From Planctomycetota bacterium (lineage in GTDB: Bacteria > Planctomycetota > Phycisphaerae > Phycisphaerales > SM1A02), in assembly GCA_027622195.1 (NCBI GenBank), contig JAQBZO010000005.1:18861-82860 (forward strand): a stretch of DNA of 64,000 nt, in the 5' to 3' direction. The position numbers and the translations under genes were made by a program. Below are positions 60,050-64,000 of the stretch, piece after piece; position 1 is the stretch's first letter; each line of letters opens with the position of its first letter. Under the pieces are notes generated by a model. It did not search any database. It saw nothing but the letters and a program-made list of their open reading frames with translations, and was not told the DNA's origin.

Positions 60050-62026
60050 ATGACTGCCACGCAATCCATCCCTTCGTCCACGATTCTTGATCGACTTGTT
60101 CGCGTCCACGGCGCTGCGCATCAAGACCGCATCAACCGCGGATTGAAACAAGTCGCATCGCGTTGGACTCCCGCCGATGGAGATGAGAACGCATGCGCGA
60201 GTTTTTGCGAGAAACATTTCGTGGCGAATCCATCCGACCTCGCGCGACTTCGATCGCGCCTCGAAACAGCGATCGAACAAATCGGCGGACACTTGTACGA
60301 GATGCGTCGCTCTCTTCGTCGATGGAGCGACCTCAGAGGAGATGAACTCGCTGGGGTGGATGACACCCTTGCCATGTTCGATCCCGCGCCAGACATTTCA
60401 GAGGAGGTGTATAGGCAAAAACTCGCCTTCATCGCCCTCCTCAACTTCCCTCGCGCGGATCTTGCCGAGATGTTGCGCGACGGTGATTCATGGGACGTCG
60501 GGCAATGGGTTGGTGTGCGCACCGCTCAACACTTCGGACCTCGGATTCCCAAAGAACTCAATGACAAGGCACGCGCCGTTGGACATGCTTGCCAAAAGTT
60601 TGTGAGTGAGTTTCATATTCCTGTTGGAGCGGTCGTCACCGCGACCGACGGACGCTGGTTGCCCGCCGAACGAAAATTGATCGCCCATTGGTTGGTGCGA
60701 GAGGAAGTCAAGGGGCTCTACGGCGACAGTTCATCGCATGCACTCGTGAGGCAGCATTCACTCATGCATGTCATGCGCCACTCGATCGAGGGATCGATTC
60801 CTTCAACGGTGATGGATGGGTCGAACACGCAGGATTGGAACACCACGAACAACACCCTCGGCCAACATCCCGTCACCGAGTCAGAGACGATCGGACTTGT
60901 CCGTTATGAGAAATGGCTCGAACAGTTTCGACTCGCGCGCGAGTTTGACCTGCACCATCCAGACCATCCCACGGCGATGTCTCGCAAATTCGAACTCGCA
61001 CGCGAGATTCCAGAACACCATGTGACCGCACTACTCACCACGATTCTCGATCATCCCGTTCGACAACAACTCGCTGCGATGGTGAGTGAACGAGTCGGGA
61101 GACCGCTTGAGTCGTTCGATGTCTACTTCGAGGATTTTGGACAGAGCCGCCCTGCTTCCGAGATGAACGCCGCTGTTACGAATCGGTTTCCAGACGAGAA
61201 GGCGCTGGAAGTTGCGCTTCCGTCAGTCCTTCGCGAACTCGGCTGGCCCTCGGACGAAGCTGATTTGCTCGGATCGCGCATCCTCGTTGAAATCGGAAAG
61301 GGCGCAGGCCACGCGATGCGCCCCGCACTCACCCAGTACAACGCATGGCTTCGCACGAGTCGACTTCCAGAGTGCCTCGGCTGGGATGGATTCGACACCG
61401 CCATGCACGAACTCGGTCACAACCTCGAACAACTGTGCTCGTGCCTCTTCGCGCCGAGTCCTGCACTGCGCGGAGTACCCAACACCGCATGTACTGAAGC
61501 GTTTGCCTTTCTCTATCAATCACTCGCCAAGCGCGTCATCGGCATGGAGAACGAAGCAGACGAGCAGCGTGCCTTTGACCTCGACACCGTCAATTCACTT
61601 CATGCGACAGCCCAAATCGCAGGACCAGGATTGCTCGAGCTACAGACATGGCATTGGCTCTACGCCCATCCAACGGCAACCGCTCGCGCGCTGCGTGATG
61701 AAGTGCTCACACTCGCTGACACCTTGTGGGATCAGTATTACCGCCGCGACTTCGGTCCAGATCCGTATCGACTCCTTGGCGCATACCAACACATGATCGC
61801 GCATCCGTTGTATCTGCCCGACTACGCGCTTGGTCACATCATCTCGCATCAAATCAGATCCCACATGCGAGGACGCGCACTCGCTGCCGAGACGAAGCGC
61901 ATCACCAGCCAAGGTCGATGGACTCCAGATTTGTGGATGCGCCGCGCGGTCGGAAGTGGCATCTCTGCCCAGTCACTCTGCGAGGACGCAAAAACTTCTC
62001 TCGACCGATTGAGCAAAACGAGTTAA
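60050..62026 (+). CDS. Putative gluzincin (M3/M32-like) metallopeptidase
   Basis: AMHELGH plus downstream NTACTEAFA; GHA upstream; H....PLY..DY near C-terminus. Confidence 0.65.
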   Translation: MTATQSIPSSTILDRLVRVHGAAHQDRINRGLKQVASRWTPADGDENACASFCEKHFVANPSDLARLRSRLETAIEQIGGHLYEMRRSLRRWSDLRGDELAGVDDTLAMFDPAPDISEEVYRQKLAFIALLNFPRADLAEMLRDGDSWDVGQWVGVRTAQHFGPRIPKELNDKARAVGHACQKFVSEFHIPVGAVVTATDGRWLPAERKLIAHWLVREEVKGLYGDSSSHALVRQHSLMHVMRHSIEGSIPSTVMDGSNTQDWNTTNNTLGQHPVTESETIGLVRYEKWLEQFRLAREFDLHHPDHPTAMSRKFELAREIPEHHVTALLTTILDHPVRQQLAAMVSERVGRPLESFDVYFEDFGQSRPASEMNAAVTNRFPDEKALEVALPSVLRELGWPSDEADLLGSRILVEIGKGAGHAMRPALTQYNAWLRTSRLPECLGWDGFDTAMHELGHNLEQLCSCLFAPSPALRGVPNTACTEAFAFLYQSLAKRVIGMENEADEQRAFDLDTVNSLHATAQIAGPGLLELQTWHWLYAHPTATARALRDEVLTLADTLWDQYYRRDFGPDPYRLLGAYQHMIAHPLYLPDYALGHIISHQIRSHMRGRALAAETKRITSQGRWTPDLWMRRAVGSGISAQSLCEDAKTSLDRLSKTS

Positions 62027-63177
62027 GAGGCGGCGCGATTCAGCATCGCTTGCTCAAGAGTCATGACGGGACCGACATCCCCAAAATCGTCGGTTGATCC
62101 ATGAGGCTTGAGCTGCACCGTGGTTTCCACCCGACCTCGCGAATCGCGTTTTCGCGCAGAAACAAGCTCATCGGCGTGATCTTCGAATGCGCCGCTTGAG
62201 CGAATGAGTGAACCCATTCGCATCACAACGTGACGATCGGCACGCTGGCAAGGCAAGTCAAACTTTTCATCACCCACGCGAAGAATGAGTGATGGATGTC
62301 GCATCCGTCCCACCAACACACACGTCACGATCGAGAGGGCGGCGGCGATGCCGAACGCTGTCGCTCCTTCTGCAGCCATCGCAAAGGTGGTTGGTGTGCG
62401 AGCGATCGCGGCCCATGCGCCAAGTCCAATCGAAGCAAGTGCGGTGATCGCCACGGTGACAGCTCGCCGCCCGACAAGATGTTGCTCGAGCGAGACTCGC
62501 GTCACGCGTGTGCGCTCGATGACGTGGTACTCCATGCCCGCGCCACGAGGACGACAGACGATAAATCGGCGGTCGGTCGCGATGACTGCTCCGCGAAGTC
62601 GTTTGATGAACGCTCCCCAGCCACACACGAGCGCATCGGTCGGATCTTGTGCGATCGTGCCGACGAGTTTTTCTCCCGGCTCGGGTTCAAGTTTGAGTCC
62701 TTGAATCTCGAAAGTCTGTGCGAGCATTCGATCCACGGGCTTCTGCACCGTGGTCGAGTCCACATCGTTCGCTGAGTCGCCGACGAGCTTGAATGAAATT
62801 TTGGCAACAGGAAGTGGTGCGGGAGCGACTTCAAGTGAAGGAAGAATTTTTGGTTCGCAAATGACGGCGATCGGAGCGCTCGGCTTTGCAAATCCGAAAT
62901 CCGAAACACGCCACGCCTTGTACCAGCGAGTTGCTCCCTCGGGCTGCACTTCATCAGTGGGTCGGAGTTTCCCGGCTCTTGCCATACGGCGTAGGTACCC
63001 TGCAGGGTAGGGTCCCTTGGTGGCATCCATGCCTCGTCGAACGAAGTATCCCACTTCGGTCGTGAGGTTAGCACTCGAAGCGATTGAATGCACGGTGGCA
63101 ACAGCATTACCCGCCAATATTTTTTGCCCTTCCAACTGACAGCGAGTGACAAGTTCCGCACACTGTGGACCGCGCAA
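62023..63177 (-). CDS. GYF_2 (DUF4339) domain membrane protein; start uncertain
   Basis: YFVRR....KGPY....LRRMARAGKLRPTDEV..EG..RW; PH-like GAVIATDRRFI; two TM helices. Confidence 0.7.
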   Translation of the reverse strand: MRGPQCAELVTRCQLEGQKILAGNAVATVHSIASSANLTTEVGYFVRRGMDATKGPYPAGYLRRMARAGKLRPTDEVQPEGATRWYKAWRVSDFGFAKPSAPIAVICEPKILPSLEVAPAPLPVAKISFKLVGDSANDVDSTTVQKPVDRMLAQTFEIQGLKLEPEPGEKLVGTIAQDPTDALVCGWGAFIKRLRGAVIATDRRFIVCRPRGAGMEYHVIERTRVTRVSLEQHLVGRRAVTVAITALASIGLGAWAAIARTPTTFAMAAEGATAFGIAAALSIVTCVLVGRMRHPSLILRVGDEKFDLPCQRADRHVVMRMGSLIRSSGAFEDHADELVSARKRDSRGRVETTVQLKPHGSTDDFGDVGPVMTLEQAMLNRAAS

Positions 63178-63198
63178 ACGACTGCTATCTTTCCACCC

Positions 63199-63846
63199 AT
63201 GCGATCACTCCTTGCAGAACTCCTTGGCACCTACTTTCTCGTCTTCGTCGTCGGACTCTTCGTGGGCGCCGTCGCCGATTTCTCGCTCGCCCCCTTTGCC
63301 ATTGCGGGCGTCCTTGCCGTCTGTGTGTACGCGTTCGCTCATGCCAGCGGCGCGCACTTCAACCCCGCTGTGACCGTGGCGGTTTGGATGCGAAAGAAGA
63401 TCGGGATGACCAAACTGGCTGGCTACCTCGTGGCACAACTGCTCGGGGCGTTTTTTGCGGTATTCACCCTGTCGTTGCTCGTTGCGTGGACCGTTCCAGC
63501 CCCTTTGGAACTGGCAGAAGTGGGACAGGTCATCCTCGCCGAGGTGATTTTCACCTTTTTGCTTGTCACGGTGGTCCTCAATGTGGCAGCAACAAAGGCT
63601 ACCGAGGGCAACGGTTACTTTGGAGCCGCCATTGGTGGAGCAGTCTTCGTCGGAGCCATCTGCGTGGGCAGCATTTCTGGAGCGGTCTTCAACCCTGCCG
63701 TCGCGACTGGACTTGTGGCGATGGGCGCGCTCAGCTCATCCAAACTCATTGTCTTCGTCGGAAGCCAACTCCTCGGCGGGATCGCCGCGGCTTGGGTTCA
63801 CGGCATCATGAATCCGGCCGAGTTGGAATCAGCCGCTAAAGCTTGA
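63199..63846 (+). CDS. MIP/aquaporin channel
   Basis: [30 protein letters not shown] (two NPA boxes). Confidence 0.95.
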   Translation: MRSLLAELLGTYFLVFVVGLFVGAVADFSLAPFAIAGVLAVCVYAFAHASGAHFNPAVTVAVWMRKKIGMTKLAGYLVAQLLGAFFAVFTLSLLVAWTVPAPLELAEVGQVILAEVIFTFLLVTVVLNVAATKATEGNGYFGAAIGGAVFVGAICVGSISGAVFNPAVATGLVAMGALSSSKLIVFVGSQLLGGIAAAWVHGIMNPAELESAAKA

Positions 63847-64000
63847 TCCACAACCGCACGTCGTCGTTGCGTTGGGATTCGTGAAGACGAAACCTCGCCC
63901 CATGACCTCATCCTTGAAGTCAATGGTCGTTCCATTGAGGTACAGGTAACTCTTCGGATCGCAGACGATGCGAACTGAGAATGGCTCACCGGAAGAACCG
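63829..64000 (-). CDS. IscA/ErpA/HesB iron-sulfur cluster carrier (5' end outside the window)
   Basis: Manual translation ...[39 protein letters not shown]. Confidence 0.93.
   Translation of the reverse strand, partial: GSSGEPFSVRIVCDPKSYLYLNGTTIDFKDEVMGRGFVFTNPNATTTCGCGSSFSG

Overview
GC-rich, gene-dense bacterial chromosome segment, most likely Planctomycetota (Phycisphaerae-like; inferred from RpoA starting MHIRWRGLELP and lineage-type ribosomal protein insertions). Mostly core genome: rsmE/rsmJ, CBS-CGL, pyrH-frr, nrdR-thrS-infC, an argR-C-B-F-G-H(A)-J operon, pheS, the S10-spc-alpha ribosomal protein cluster, lysS, pfkA, plsY, purB, fabZ, manA, a solitary atpD, aquaporin and iscA. No rRNA, tRNA, CRISPR or mobile element was seen. 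The best candidate for an undescribed system is an 8-gene translationally coupled operon (3901-12772, minus): an ExbB/ExbD/ExbD proton motor, a TonB/TolA-anchored protein ending in a vWA (MIDAS) domain instead of TonB_C, large helical exported proteins and a membrane protein with an HPD-containing J-domain-like N-terminus. Other points: a GT2 + BshC-like gene pair, a gammaproteobacterial-type arg operon with an ArgH-GNAT fusion plus ArgJ, zinc-free short S14 and L36, an RGG/GPG tail on S5, structured intergenic RNAs, repeated leaderless-type promoters, an Hc1-like protein, and two frameshifts (rpsJ, a hypothetical) that look like consensus errors. All calls come from reading motifs by eye; no searches were run.
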